64,000 nucleotides of DNA from an uncultured Thermococci archaeon (GTDB lineage Archaea; CAYQAE01; CAYVLA01): NCBI GenBank assembly GCA_964549615.1, contig CAZJVP010000090.1, forward strand, positions 17,418 to 81,417. The letters are read 5' to 3'. Positions 40,190-49,226 of this stretch are shown here, in pieces. Below the pieces are notes generated by a model, which was not told the DNA's origin, did no database searches, and worked only from the letters and a program-made list of their open reading frames with translations. Positions within the stretch are counted from its first letter, which is position 1; every line of letters starts with the position of its first letter. A program made the position numbers and the translations under genes.

Positions 40190-40239
40190 GGCCATGCCCG
40201 CCTTGGCGCAGTTGGCACTGCATGATCGGACATGCACGG

Positions 40240-41379
40240 TCAGAGTAATCTCTCGTAGTCCCGGAGACGATGGAAGGTAATGTAGTTCGCATCGTGGAAG
40301 TTGTGCGCAACCTCGAAGGCTGTTCTGACGAGGATGAGGATGTCGCTTCCGTCGAAGACCCAGTCGGGGTACTGGAAGCCGATCTTGCACCCTTTGCCTA
40401 CCCTCCTTTCGTCTTCCTGGACATACAGCAACACGGCTCGGCGTTTCCAAGAGACCAGATCCTGGGACGAGGAGAGAACAAGCACGTTGCGTTGCCACGG
40501 GTTCCGACGCACGAACACCTCGTTGGAGATCATCAGGTAACTACCGGTCGTCGCGTCAAACCTTATGACGAACTTTGACATACCTCCCGGAAGATCCACG
40601 AACCCCGTCCGCGGGCCGAAGCTGAGAGTCGCCCCGTCCTCGGAGACCTTGGTCACGGCCGCCTTGTTCGCGACGGGGACGGAGTTGACTCTCATCACGT
40701 TCCAGATCTGGTCATCGGGGGCCCGGACCACATTCCCCTCAAGCCACCCGGCCCTGCAGGGGCTAAACTCGGGAGGATCGCCGTCGCGGTCGTACGGAAG
40801 CTTGTTGGTCATCTTCCATGACGAAGCCCGGAGCAGGTCGGACTCGGCATCGGCCGAGATGACGGCGGCGTGGAAGCCGGGCCAACGGCCAAGCACGTTG
40901 TCCTCGAAGGCCCGCCAGATCCGTCCGCGATGCTCGAGCACGGGCACAGGAGCGCAGTGGTAGTTCGGCGCCTTCCGCCCCGGTCCGCCCCGGAACAGGA
41001 GACCCGAGCTTTCATCCACCGAGTCGGTCCAATTCCAACCCCCGTCCTTTGACCGGCGGATCACTATGTCGCCGTCATGGGCGGAACACCCCAAGAGGTA
41101 GTTGCAGCCCCGGTAGGTGAAGAGCGAGGACCAGAACGCTCTCCTTATCTCGACGACGGGATTCCATGTTAGTCCGCCGTCCTCCGAGCGGCAGATCCTC
41201 GAGACGAACTCCCTGCGGAACCGGTCCCTCGGGCTGCAAGGGCCGAAGAAGTCATGTGAGGCGATGATGTCGCCATCCTCTGCCAAGGCTAGGCTGGGGC
41301 TTCCGAGGTAGACCCGTGAATCGGCAGGGCTGTACGCGACGACGTGCTCCAGCGGGTTCTCAAACACGGGTTTGAACAC
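40240..41379 (-). CDS. Sialidase-like BNR/Asp-box protein
   Basis: YLGSPS, SEDGGLTW, SKDGGWNW, WLEGN, FQYPDW, NFHDANY. Confidence 0.75.
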   Translation of the reverse strand: MFKPVFENPLEHVVAYSPADSRVYLGSPSLALAEDGDIIASHDFFGPCSPRDRFRREFVSRICRSEDGGLTWNPVVEIRRAFWSSLFTYRGCNYLLGCSAHDGDIVIRRSKDGGWNWTDSVDESSGLLFRGGPGRKAPNYHCAPVPVLEHRGRIWRAFEDNVLGRWPGFHAAVISADAESDLLRASSWKMTNKLPYDRDGDPPEFSPCRAGWLEGNVVRAPDDQIWNVMRVNSVPVANKAAVTKVSEDGATLSFGPRTGFVDLPGGMSKFVIRFDATTGSYLMISNEVFVRRNPWQRNVLVLSSSQDLVSWKRRAVLLYVQEDERRVGKGCKIGFQYPDWVFDGSDILILVRTAFEVAHNFHDANYITFHRLRDYERLL

Positions 41380-41762
41380 TCACGGAACCTGCCCTGCATT
41401 CGGTCAACTTATCCTGAGAGGCGCGAGGGCGACTAGGGCGAATAAAGATTTGTTTCTTGCTCCGGGTCGGGTCCGCACGATACTAGGCAAGATATAGTTG
41501 GTCCTGCAGCCCTCAGAGAGTCCCCCTGTCCGAGCTTTGGAGAATAACCTCCTGGACGTCGCTTCCATCTTCATCCACCTGCTCCCTAAATGCGGGTTTC
41601 AGCTTATCCGGCTTATAGGCGGAGCTCTTACTGACAAGCGTTACCGGTCGGAGGTCGGAAGCGTCTCAGGCGCATGCCGGGACATCCGGGTGGAGCTGTT
41701 CGACAGCCGCCGGTTCGAGGGAAGATATGTAAGAGGTGCGCGAGGGGCTCATCAGAGGAAGC

Positions 41763-44066
41763 ATGTTCACGGTCCAGAACGAATACCTCTCTTTGGCCTT
41801 CGACGAAGACGGCGGACTTCGCCGAATCACCAACCTCCTCATCCCGGACGAATGTCTGAAGGGAGGCTTGCCTGGGTCAATGCCCTTCCGCGTATACGCC
41901 GATCCGGTCAAGGAGTTCGAGATCTCGATGAACGACCGGTACCAACTTCTCTTCGAGGATCCATCCAAGACGAGCCGTGCGATCATCCAGCCGGGTAACT
42001 CCCGATTGGTGCACTGCCGCGGAAAACGCGGGCTGTCTCTGGAATACGAGTCGGAAGGGCTTCTCGCAACGTTGCAAGCGGTGCCCGGCAGAAACAGGCC
42101 GTCATGCGATCTTGGCCTCACGCTCGAGAATCGCGGCACGGAAACGAGGGAACTCATGGTGAGCTTTCCGTACCTTGACGGCGTGCGGCCCGGGCCCGAT
42201 CCCCCAAGGAACCTCGCCACCGCAATGGATCAGGCCGGGGTCGTGGTGCCAGCATGGGCACGTCCTGGCGGCGTGTTGGGCGAGGGGAACCAGATGTCGA
42301 TGCAGTGGCACACAATCTGGGATCCGCTGACTCGTAGCGCCTTAGGCATCATTATCATGGATCCGGACGTCCGCCCCAAGCGGCTCATCCTGAAGGAGCC
42401 CAGCATCGAGATCAACTACTTTCCCCCGTTTAGCCTCGGACCAGGGCAGTCGCTCAGCCTGCCGCGCGTCAGGATCTTGGCATACAAAGGTGACTGGCGT
42501 CGCGCGGCACGGGCCTATCGCCGGTGGTTTGGGCGGGCCTTCGCCTGCGCTGAACCGCCCACATGGTTCCGCCGCTCGGACGGCTGCACGGGAAGGCACT
42601 TCAAGAAAGGCGGCCCAGGCATCGAGCCGGACTACCCAGGACAGTTCGCACTCGAAAGCTTCCGGGAGCTACCGCTCGTGCACCTGAAGGTTCCGGTGGA
42701 CATCACGGAGTATGCGTTCTTCAGCCGGGGTTCCATGCTACATGGCGTCCACACCGACGGCGACAACGTCGTGCGCGAGGACATGGGAGGAGCTCAAGCA
42801 ATGCGGGAAGGCATTGCCGCCGTACACCGCCTCGGACTTCATGTCATGCTCTATGTCGAGGGCTACATCGTACATGGCGAGAGCGACCTCGCGAAGTCTG
42901 GCCGAGTCCAAAGATGGGCCGTTATGCACAGAGACGGGAGCATTGACGGGCCGTATACCAGGCAAGGGTTCCTTCACATGTGCCCCGGCTGCAACGAGTG
43001 GCAGGACCATCTTGCGCAAACGGTTTCGCGGTTGCTGCGGGAGACGGGTGCTGACGGCGTGCGCCTAGACTCGCTCGGGTTCTACTATCTGCCTTGCTAC
43101 AATCCCGCACACTCACATGAGACGCCCTTCGGCTACAACGGGTGGATCAAGCAGCTTCTTGCCAAGGTGCGGAAGGCCGCGCTTGAGGTGAACCCGGATG
43201 CCCTTCTGACCACCGAGGGGCCGGCGGATTGGTACAGCCAGTGGTTCCACGGGGCCCTCACCGCAAGATGCCCCCGAGAGCTTCCCCTCATGAGGCTCGC
43301 CGCTGGGCCCTATCGTCCCTACGCTTACAGTGCCACGGGTGCCGTTTGGGGCTCGATATCCGGTTTCGCGGGTGGCGGTTGCAGCGGACCGGAACTCGCG
43401 CAGCTCGACGCCAACTGGCTCTGCGCCCGCTTCCCGGTGCACGAAGCCCTCGTGTGGGGCGATGTGTGCGATGATCCGATGACCTCGGATCCGCACGTGG
43501 TCGCAAGGCTGTTCAGAGGGAAAGGGTACTGGGCGCTCGTGGCGGTGCGGCCCGAGTGCAAAGACCCATTTCTGTGGCCTCCGGGCACGGGCCTTTCACG
43601 CGAACACCCTCGCTACACGATCACGATCACCGGCCTCACCACGGGGCCCGAGGACGCCGTGGTCTGCAACATAGAGACGCTCGAATGGTCCGCGGTGGAC
43701 CTCGAAGCCCGAGACGGAGGCGTAACCCTGAGCTTGGACGCAAACTGGGCCTTGGACGCAAACTGGGCCTTGGTTATCCTGCGGGAGCGCGGAGGCCCCG
43801 GTGTCGCGGGGATGGGGGCCCTTCCAGCACTTCGTCCCAGTCAGTCTGCCGAGATCGAGGTCCTCGCGCTCGCCTCAGGAGCTAGACGGCAAACCTGCGG
43901 CCGGGTCTCGGTCACGGCCCCGGGGCTGGAGGTAAGGCCGGCCAGGACGACCATGCCGGGGCACGCGACGATAACCGTGCCTTCGAACGCCCCGCCCGGC
44001 AACTACGCCGTCATGCTGCGCGGGAAGGGGATTCTTGGCGCTAAGAGGTTTCTCGTGGTTCGGTGA
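41763..44066 (+). CDS. Putative glycoside hydrolase (TIM-barrel, DUF6259-like)
   Basis: HRLGLHVMLYVEG, MCPG..WQDHL, ADGVRLDSLG...CYNPAH.H, LTTEG; start 41736 or 41763. Confidence 0.6.
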   Translation: MFTVQNEYLSLAFDEDGGLRRITNLLIPDECLKGGLPGSMPFRVYADPVKEFEISMNDRYQLLFEDPSKTSRAIIQPGNSRLVHCRGKRGLSLEYESEGLLATLQAVPGRNRPSCDLGLTLENRGTETRELMVSFPYLDGVRPGPDPPRNLATAMDQAGVVVPAWARPGGVLGEGNQMSMQWHTIWDPLTRSALGIIIMDPDVRPKRLILKEPSIEINYFPPFSLGPGQSLSLPRVRILAYKGDWRRAARAYRRWFGRAFACAEPPTWFRRSDGCTGRHFKKGGPGIEPDYPGQFALESFRELPLVHLKVPVDITEYAFFSRGSMLHGVHTDGDNVVREDMGGAQAMREGIAAVHRLGLHVMLYVEGYIVHGESDLAKSGRVQRWAVMHRDGSIDGPYTRQGFLHMCPGCNEWQDHLAQTVSRLLRETGADGVRLDSLGFYYLPCYNPAHSHETPFGYNGWIKQLLAKVRKAALEVNPDALLTTEGPADWYSQWFHGALTARCPRELPLMRLAAGPYRPYAYSATGAVWGSISGFAGGGCSGPELAQLDANWLCARFPVHEALVWGDVCDDPMTSDPHVVARLFRGKGYWALVAVRPECKDPFLWPPGTGLSREHPRYTITITGLTTGPEDAVVCNIETLEWSAVDLEARDGGVTLSLDANWALDANWALVILRERGGPGVAGMGALPALRPSQSAEIEVLALASGARRQTCGRVSVTAPGLEVRPARTTMPGHATITVPSNAPPGNYAVMLRGKGILGAKRFLVVR
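43733..43773 (+). repeat. Perfect in-frame 18-bp tandem duplication CTTGGACGCAAACTGGGC
   Basis: Units at 43733-50 and 43751-68 plus partial CTTGG; encodes LDANWA-LDANWA. Confidence 0.9.
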
Positions 44067-45421
44067 TCGAGGACAGTTCAAATCCAGCTCGACACATCTA
44101 TAAGTCGAGGCTCTTGCCAACCTTCCCCTTGCCTTCGGATGACGATCTTGTCTCAGAACGTGAAACGAGACGTTCCTTCGTGCTCGGCGTCGTGAACGGT
44201 GCGCTGTTCAACCTCGGATCAACGTTCATCGAGCCCACCACCGTCCTAGCGCTCTTCATAGCCGCGGTCACTGGCTCAGATGCCTTCGTCGGTCTCATCG
44301 CGGCCGTCTCATCCCTGGGTGCATTGCTTCCGCAGATAATCATGGCAAGCAGGGCGGCAGGCGCGAGCAGGAAGATGACGTACTATCACCTCTCTTTCGC
44401 GATAAGGGCCTTTGCGTTGCTCGGCATGGTGCTCGCCGTCGGACTAGCAAGCGGGCTTGGAGTCTTGGTCGCAACGGTCGTCATACTGACTTTCGCGATC
44501 TACAGCCTCGGGGGAGGGTTGGCCTACATTCCGTTCATGGAGATCGTCGGCAACACCCTGCGGCCCAGCCAGCGGAGTAGTTTCTTTGCCTATAGGTCAT
44601 TCTTCGGAGGGATACTGGCCATGGCGGGAGGATACGTGGTCAAGATGATACTCTCCTCCCCGGCAATTGCATTCCCCCAGAACTACCTGCTTCTCTTCAC
44701 GGTCGGATCGATCTTTGCATTCGTCGCCATGCTTTCCTTCGCACTCGTTCATGAGCCCGTTGTTCTGCAGGCGTCCCGGCGCGTTCCGCTGAGGGAAACA
44801 TTGAGGGGTGCGAGAGCGATCGTCATTGAGGACGGCGTGTACAGGAGGTATCTGGCGGTCAGGTGCGTGTTAACCATCGCCGGAATCTCCGGGCCCTTCT
44901 ACGTCCTGCATGCCATCAGGGGACTCGGCCTCAACGAATCGACGGTGGGGGTCCTCATAATGTCGATGACCGCCGGGGGAGTGATTTCGAACCTTGCTTG
45001 GGGCAGAATAGGCGACACCAAGGGGACCAAAGTTGTGATGCTCGCGGGGGCCGTCCTGCTGGCCTCGGCCCCCCTCACCGCACTGCTGTCGCAATACCTG
45101 GGGGCAGCCGCTAGCTCCGTGATGACCTTCCTTCTCCTAGGACTCGCGAACGCAGGCATCTACATCGGCGTCACGAACTACCTCCTGGATCACTCCGATC
45201 CGGCCAGACGCCCCGTCTATATGGGTTTGACCCAGTTGGTCGTTGGGCTGTTCGGCGTGGCGCCATTGATCGGGGGTTTCGTATCGCAGGCAATGGGATA
45301 TGAAGCCCTTTTCGCGGTCTCCATCGCCAGCGCCTTGACTGCAGCCCTGATGACGCTGTCTTTGCCCGAGCCGCGGAGGATCGCGGAGACCAGGTTCAGA
45401 ACCCAGGTCAAGTACTTCTGA
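44063..45421 (+). CDS. MFS transporter
   Basis: About twelve TM segments, WGRIGDTKG motif A-like loop. Confidence 0.85.
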   Translation: MIEDSSNPARHIYKSRLLPTFPLPSDDDLVSERETRRSFVLGVVNGALFNLGSTFIEPTTVLALFIAAVTGSDAFVGLIAAVSSLGALLPQIIMASRAAGASRKMTYYHLSFAIRAFALLGMVLAVGLASGLGVLVATVVILTFAIYSLGGGLAYIPFMEIVGNTLRPSQRSSFFAYRSFFGGILAMAGGYVVKMILSSPAIAFPQNYLLLFTVGSIFAFVAMLSFALVHEPVVLQASRRVPLRETLRGARAIVIEDGVYRRYLAVRCVLTIAGISGPFYVLHAIRGLGLNESTVGVLIMSMTAGGVISNLAWGRIGDTKGTKVVMLAGAVLLASAPLTALLSQYLGAAASSVMTFLLLGLANAGIYIGVTNYLLDHSDPARRPVYMGLTQLVVGLFGVAPLIGGFVSQAMGYEALFAVSIASALTAALMTLSLPEPRRIAETRFRTQVKYF

Positions 45422-45574
45422 CCGGACCGCGAGCTCCGGCTGCGTTCCGCAGCTACGGGATGGCCGGGGACAGGCAGTGCGGTCGTCTAGGAACACAGTT
45501 AAAAGGGGGCCCGCTCGGGGGCCTGCGTGCTTGGGTGCTTTTTTCCTAGGCACAAGATAGGAGAGTAAAAAATA

Positions 45575-45745
45575 ATGAGTTCCGAAAGGAGACCCAGCTT
45601 CGACAGGGGCCCCAGAGAGATGCACAAGGCAACCTGTTCTGACTGTGGAAAGGAGTGCGAAGTTCCGTTCAAGCCGACGGAAGGTCGTCCCGTCTACTGC
45701 CAGGACTGCTACCAGAAGCGCAGGGGCCCGAGACGAAGGTACTAG
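45575..45745 (+). CDS. Small CxxC-x17-CxxC zinc-finger protein (56 aa; below the ORF-track cutoff)
   Basis: MSSERRPSFDRGPREMHKATCSDCGKECEVPFKPTEGRPVYCQDCYQKRRGPRRRY*. Confidence 0.9.
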   Translation: MSSERRPSFDRGPREMHKATCSDCGKECEVPFKPTEGRPVYCQDCYQKRRGPRRRY

Positions 45746-45767
45746 GGATCTATAAAACACACTGGAC

Positions 45768-45932
45768 ACGGCGATCTCACCTTCCTGATCTTGCCTTAAG
45801 GTCCTGCAAGGAAAGCAGGTCCATGCGACAGCTCTGGCGCAACGTCAGGGATCAATGGTTCGCTGGGCTCTCGACTTCCGCTGGACGGAAAGCCGCAAGT
45901 CGCTTGCGGTAGGGACTCGCCGTAACTTTTTC
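45768..45932 (+). ncRNA. Putative structured RNA element (multi-hairpin) followed by a T-tract
   Basis: Closing stem ACGGCGA(45768-74)/TCGCCGT(45917-23) encloses four hairpins; TTTTT follows. Confidence 0.4.
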
Positions 45933-46118
45933 TACCGTCACCATTAGACCTAGGACTAGGCTTTCGAGGACCGGCCGGTCCCGCCAAGCCAAACAGGACC
46001 TCGAACTGGCCAACTTTGACGATCTGGACGGCCGCAAGAGAAACGCAAGCGGTGCCAACTGCCAACCGGCCATAAACTTAAGAAAGTTGAGACCAACCGG
46101 GGCGCGGAGACTTGCTGT

Positions 46119-46466
46119 ATGGTTTACTGCACTAAGTGCGGCGCGAAGAACGACGAGCGCGCCCAAGTTTGCGCGAGTTGCGGCCAGAGCCTTTACCCGG
46201 CTCGGGGGCGACCTGCTGCTAGGCACGACGAGGAGTGTTTCGGGCCACGGCGGGAGATGGAAGAGGAATGCTTCGGAGTGCCCCGAGGGGGAGCTGTTTT
46301 CGCCATACTCATGGGCTTGGCGGTGATCGTGATCGGGGTCGCCTACCTTTTGGGTCAGTACTACGGTTGGTCCATAGATGTGTGGAAGAGCCTGGGCCCC
46401 TCGATCCTCATAGTCATCGGCATACTCATCGTGGTAGGTGCCCTCTACCGGGCTAGAGAGCGCTGA
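46119..46466 (+). CDS. Zinc-ribbon membrane protein
   Basis: MVYCTKCGAKN...CASCG, EEECFG repeated twice, two TM helices. Confidence 0.8.
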   Translation: MVYCTKCGAKNDERAQVCASCGQSLYPARGRPAARHDEECFGPRREMEEECFGVPRGGAVFAILMGLAVIVIGVAYLLGQYYGWSIDVWKSLGPSILIVIGILIVVGALYRARER

Positions 46467-47172
46467 GGTACCGCCTTCCGCCACAGGGCGCAGTGCAGGC
46501 TCCACAGGTACGTTCGTGGTCCCAGCCGGCAAGGGCGATCCTGGTCATTATCCAGAACCCGATCAACACCAAGAGGAAAAGGTCAAGTCCCAGGCTCTGG
46601 CCCATCTCATCGGCCTTGGCGAGGACTAGGAAGGCCCCGAACGCAAACCACGCATTTGCGGGGAGGCGGGCCCTTCGGCCAAGTTTGAGCGGCCAGAACT
46701 GAAGCAGGCCGACCGCTACCCCGAGCGCACCCAGCCAGAACGGAAGAAGGCTTCCGCGCCAAACGTGGAGGTCGCCAAAAAAGTAGAGAATTGCCCCACC
46801 GAATGCCGCAATGCCGCCGCCGGACAGGCCCACGCAGCCAGCGCAGAAGACCCTGCCCCGGATCGATATCACGTGCCTCTGGAAGGGACTGCATGCGGGA
46901 TGATGGCCCATTATCCCAAAACCCCATCCCACCTCGCTGCTTCGAGCGGTCGGGCTCCCAGCTTGCCCGAAGCCCATCATTCTGGAACATTGTCTGGGGC
47001 GCAATGCCGCGACCGTTCCCAGAAGGCACACGGCCGAGAAGGTCAGGCCGATCAGGGTTTTCCTTTGGATATCGTCCGTGGGCGCTGGCGAGCCGACGAC
47101 GGCGCATGCCGAGACGGCTAGGCCAAACAGGGACACGGCGACCAGAAATCTGCTCAGAGCGACGTTCGACAT
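46453..47172 (-). CDS. Cys/His-containing integral membrane protein
   Basis: Several TM helices with HHPAC, FCAGC and C-terminal HERTCGACTAPC. Confidence 0.65.
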   Translation of the reverse strand: MSNVALSRFLVAVSLFGLAVSACAVVGSPAPTDDIQRKTLIGLTFSAVCLLGTVAALRPRQCSRMMGFGQAGSPTARSSEVGWGFGIMGHHPACSPFQRHVISIRGRVFCAGCVGLSGGGIAAFGGAILYFFGDLHVWRGSLLPFWLGALGVAVGLLQFWPLKLGRRARLPANAWFAFGAFLVLAKADEMGQSLGLDLFLLVLIGFWIMTRIALAGWDHERTCGACTAPCGGRRYLSAL

Positions 47173-47182
47173 GGGGCACAGC

Positions 47183-48610
47183 TCACGTGAAAAGGCTTCT
47201 CAGTTCCCCCAGGAGCCCCTGCCCAGCGAGGTACCTGTAGGTGCGTCTCTTGATCTTGTTTCGGGAGAAAAGGCCCTTCACCCTTCTCGGAAGCGAGCCA
47301 TAGTAGCTTCGATAGCAATCGTATAGCTCCCGTTGGACCTCGTTCCGGGTCAGCGCCTCGGTGGGCATTATGGCGTGTACCATATCGTATTTCGCCCAGT
47401 TCTCCTCCTCTATCCAGCCGTTTCGTTTGGCAGTTTCGTAAAGCTGGGTTCCGGGGAATGGGGTGAGTATCATGAAGATGGCGAGATCGGGATCGGCATC
47501 CTGGACGAAGCCGATCAGCCTCGAAATGGTCTGCGAGGTGTCCTTCCTTTCCCCGATGATGAACGTGGCCTGGGCGAATATGTCGCTCCTCTTCAACAGA
47601 TCCATGGCCTTCAGCCCATCGTCGGGTCGTATCCCCTTTCCGAACGACTCAAGGGTCCGCGGGTTCCCGCTCTCAAGCCCGGCCAGCACCCACATGTTGC
47701 CTGCCCTTCGCATCGCAGGCAAAAGGTCGTGGTGCCTGACGACGTCATCCGCCCGGGCCTGCACAAACCACATGATCTCATCCGAGAGGCCTCGCCGGGT
47801 TATCTCGCTGCAAAGCTCCCTTGTCCGCTCCCCCAAGCCAAAGTTGTCGTCGACGAGCCAGATGAATTTCGTTCCGAAGTTGTTGAGGCAGTACTCCATC
47901 TCGTCCGCAATGCGTTTCGGCGATTTCGCCCGGTGCGCCCCCGCCCAGTGTCGCCACTGTGAGCAGAAGGTGCATCGATGTAGGCATCCCCTCGAACCCT
48001 CGATCAGGGCATAGCCCGCACCCGAGCCCACCATCATCCTGAAGTGGTATTTGTGCACGACGTCCCGGACGAAGTGATACCCGGGCAGTGGGAGCCCGTC
48101 CAGGTCTTGGATCAGCTCCCTGCCAGGGTTGTGAACGATGGCTCCATCATGTCGGAACGAGATGCCGCGGATTCCGGCAAGCGACGACCGATCGTCCAGG
48201 GCCCGTGCGAGTTCCAACAGGGTCCTTTCTCCCTCCCCCCTGACGATGACGTCTATCTCGGGGTAGGCCTGCAGGCTCTCATGGGACAATGCCGTGAAGT
48301 GCTGGCCGCCCGCCACGGTTAGGATATCGGGGTTGACGCTCTTGGCGAGCTCCAAGGTTCGCAGGACGGTGTACACGTTGCATGTGGAAAGACAGCTGGG
48401 AGCCACCAGGTCGGGTCGGAAAGCTTCGATCCGTGCCTCGAGGCCTTTCCAGTCGAGTTGCTCCGCCTGGCAGTCGACCACCGCGATCTCGGCCTCCCTC
48501 ATGTAGGCCTCCAGGTAGGCCGCCAGCTGGAGAATCCCAAGGGGCGGAGGAAGGTACTCGCCCATCACGAACCATGTCTCCCTCGGCGGCTCCACGAAAA
48601 GAATTCGCAT
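47183..48610 (-). CDS. Cobalamin-binding (class B) radical SAM protein
   Basis: PPLGILQLAAYL, GGQHFT, VRGEGE (B12 domain); SRGCLHRCTFC; GLESG, TPFPGT. Confidence 0.9.
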   Translation of the reverse strand: MRILFVEPPRETWFVMGEYLPPPLGILQLAAYLEAYMREAEIAVVDCQAEQLDWKGLEARIEAFRPDLVAPSCLSTCNVYTVLRTLELAKSVNPDILTVAGGQHFTALSHESLQAYPEIDVIVRGEGERTLLELARALDDRSSLAGIRGISFRHDGAIVHNPGRELIQDLDGLPLPGYHFVRDVVHKYHFRMMVGSGAGYALIEGSRGCLHRCTFCSQWRHWAGAHRAKSPKRIADEMEYCLNNFGTKFIWLVDDNFGLGERTRELCSEITRRGLSDEIMWFVQARADDVVRHHDLLPAMRRAGNMWVLAGLESGNPRTLESFGKGIRPDDGLKAMDLLKRSDIFAQATFIIGERKDTSQTISRLIGFVQDADPDLAIFMILTPFPGTQLYETAKRNGWIEEENWAKYDMVHAIMPTEALTRNEVQRELYDCYRSYYGSLPRRVKGLFSRNKIKRRTYRYLAGQGLLGELRSLFT

Positions 48611-48801
48611 CGGCCTAATCCTTCCCCATCGGGCCCTCTTTCCGCACCGAGGTCAAAAAGGATATGGTCTTGTGTTTCGGAGGTAGCTGGCAACCTTCGC
48701 CGAAGCTCCCCCCAGGCCTCCCGCCCTTGGTCCCTTCCCACCCGTCTTCTCCCTTTCCGGAATCCTTTTATGCCACCGGCGAAGCGGGCTAGCACGGTGG
48801 T

Positions 48802-49176
48802 GTGTTGGCTAACGAGGACCAGATCCTGGAGGAGCTGAAGCAGATCAGAACGCTCTTGACGCCGAAGCCTGCGCCCCCCGCGGCCCCGCCGAAGGGGATG
48901 TGGGCTGAATTCATCGACTTCCTCTCCAAGTACAAGGTCATGGGGTTGGCGGTCGCGTTCATCATGGGCTTATACCTAGGTGCCCTGGTCAAGGCGCTCG
49001 TTGATGACTTCATAATGCCCATAATCGAGTACGCGGTGCCGGATGTGAGCTGGGAGGAGTTCCTCATCGGCAAGTTCCGCGTGGGCCACTTCGTCGGCGC
49101 GCTCATCACCTTCGTGATAGTTGCGTTCGTGATATTCCTGCTTGTGAGGTTGGTCAGAAGGTGGGGCATAGAGTAG
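48802..49176 (+). CDS. mscL: Large-conductance mechanosensitive channel family protein
   Basis: EFIDFL.KYKVMGLAVAFIMG...LVDDFIMPII...GHFVGALITFVIVAFVIF. Confidence 0.88.
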   Translation: MLANEDQILEELKQIRTLLTPKPAPPAAPPKGMWAEFIDFLSKYKVMGLAVAFIMGLYLGALVKALVDDFIMPIIEYAVPDVSWEEFLIGKFRVGHFVGALITFVIVAFVIFLLVRLVRRWGIE

Positions 49177-49226
49177 TCCGGCCCCAAACCTCAAGCCGAT
49201 CCTGACGAGCCCCGGTCCCTCTGGGC

